From positions 1,054,001 through 1,118,000 of the forward strand of contig MU054323.1 of the NCBI GenBank assembly GCA_013239625.1: 64,000 nt of DNA, written 5' to 3'. Positions 62,940 through 64,000 of the stretch are shown piece by piece. Numbering within the stretch: the stretch's first letter is position 1; the number at the start of each line of letters is the position of its first letter. Position numbers and translations under genes: made by a program. The notes beneath the pieces were generated by a model. That model was not told where the DNA came from. It searched no databases and saw only the letters and a list, made by a program, of their open reading frames with translations. The stretch is from Lama guanicoe. Its lineage: Eukaryota.

Positions 62940-63190
62940 ATAATGACTAACGCTGACTGAGTGCCTATTATGTACCGGGCACTGTTCTAGGGGCTTCATA
63001 TGCATTCACTCATTTAATTCTCATAACATCCTGATAAAGCCCTACGAAGTAAGTGCTGTCATTACCTTCCTTTTAAAAATGAGGGAATTGAGGCATAGGC
63101 AGGAAAAGTAACTTTTTGAGGTTATGTAACTGGAAAATTGTGGATCAGGAATTAAGAACAGTTTGTGCCAGACCATGTGCTCCCTGGGCA
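62940..63190 (-). mobile_element. MIR SINE (near full length)
   Basis: tgactgagtgcctattatgtaccgggcactgttctagg...ctcatttaattctcataacatcc...aatgagggaattgaggcatagg. Confidence 0.9.
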
Positions 63191-64000
63191 TAATGCAACA
63201 CTTGCTTTGGTAAGTACCTACTAACAGCTAGTCTACAGACTCATCTGTTACACCAGGAGAGCTTGCGAATTTATATTTTAGTCAACTCCAACCTGTCATA
63301 CCCAAGTGTGAACTTAAGAGGATATTCCCTGAATCAAAAAATATGTCAAAGAGTTTGATAAATGGATGCCAAGTAGCTCAGTATTTCCAATGTCTTTGCC
63401 TGGTCCATCTGCCCCAAAGCGTCAGCCAAGAAATAAATCTTGGCCATGGCATTAATCAGCTCTAAGAAAAAACTTTTCTTCCAAATGTCATTTGTTTAGT
63501 CAGAGACTCACAAGAAAATAGCCTATTCCTCAGCAATGGGAATATTAGCATCCTCTGACTTCTCTTTAGAGTTGAGGTTGTCACAAAAATGAATCATAAC
63601 AGCTCCATGAGAATTAATAATTCAACTATACTTATTAATAAATATTGATATCTCAACTTTTCTTAGAAACATGGAAACCTAACCCAGTTTAAAAAAAAAA
63701 AAAGATTGCCAAGGCCAGAGGATGCAAAAGGCCCATCTAAGCAAAGGGGGTTCTGGGGGAATATGTCCATGGGAATGGACAAGCTCCCTTTTCTCCTGTA
63801 AGTGACCACATTCATAGTATCCTGGACCACAGCTTTTATAGGACATTGACTATAATCACTAGGATTCCAGAACAAAGGAGATGGAAAGATGTGGAAAAAC
63901 ATAGGGAAGAAAAGAATATTGTGCTGAAAGTCAGTAACAGCTATGCAGTAACCAGGCACATGACCTTAACCACTCTCCTGCAACCTCTCCTCACACCTGC

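Noticed and set aside
63663..63959. 98-aa minus-strand ORF as an upstream exon of the 60.8-kb candidate
   Set aside because: No convincing splice sites or recognisable protein; it starts in a MIR fragment and crosses a poly(T) run.
1..64000. The supplied 60-141 aa ORFs as protein-coding genes
   Set aside because: Many start at non-ATG codons, lie in TEs or low-complexity DNA, or are antisense to L1/L2/MLT. None resembles a cellular protein I recognise; only TE proteins (L1, L2, hAT) are identifiable.
1..64000. CRISPR arrays, operons, tRNA/rRNA genes or other prokaryote-style systems
   Set aside because: The sequence is clearly mammalian; no regularly spaced repeat-spacer array or structured RNA gene was seen.

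Overview
AT-rich, non-genic-looking eutherian genomic DNA in which roughly half or more is decayed transposable elements: MIR, L2, CR1/L3, several L1 generations, MaLR/ERVL/ERV1 solo LTRs, hAT MER5/MER20/Charlie1, and TcMar Tigger/Kanga. No Alu, B1/B2, Bov-A/BovB, PRE-1 or CanSINE copy was seen. Together with the Tigger deletion derivatives and the young L1 tail at 30.1 kb, this suggests a non-ruminant cetartiodactyl, possibly a camelid (inference from memory of repeat consensuses). No protein-coding gene could be recognised; nearly all supplied ORFs are chance ORFs or TE remnants. The best non-repeat signals are: a textbook 145-nt minus-strand intron at 55765-55909 next to a CpG-rich patch; a candidate minus-strand terminal exon at 60.8 kb in a ~3 kb repeat-free block, possibly the 3' end of a gene lying beyond the window; several plus-strand exon-like segments that could form a lncRNA; and a diverged ~400-bp duplication of unique-looking DNA at 33.7/36.7 kb. 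Several insertions have mechanistically informative structures (twin-priming L1 inversion, tail-less L1 fragment with a hairpin junction, very young 76-bp L1). I found no convincing evidence for a new biological system. Repeat family names were assigned by eye and boundaries are approximate unless TSDs or TIRs are quoted.
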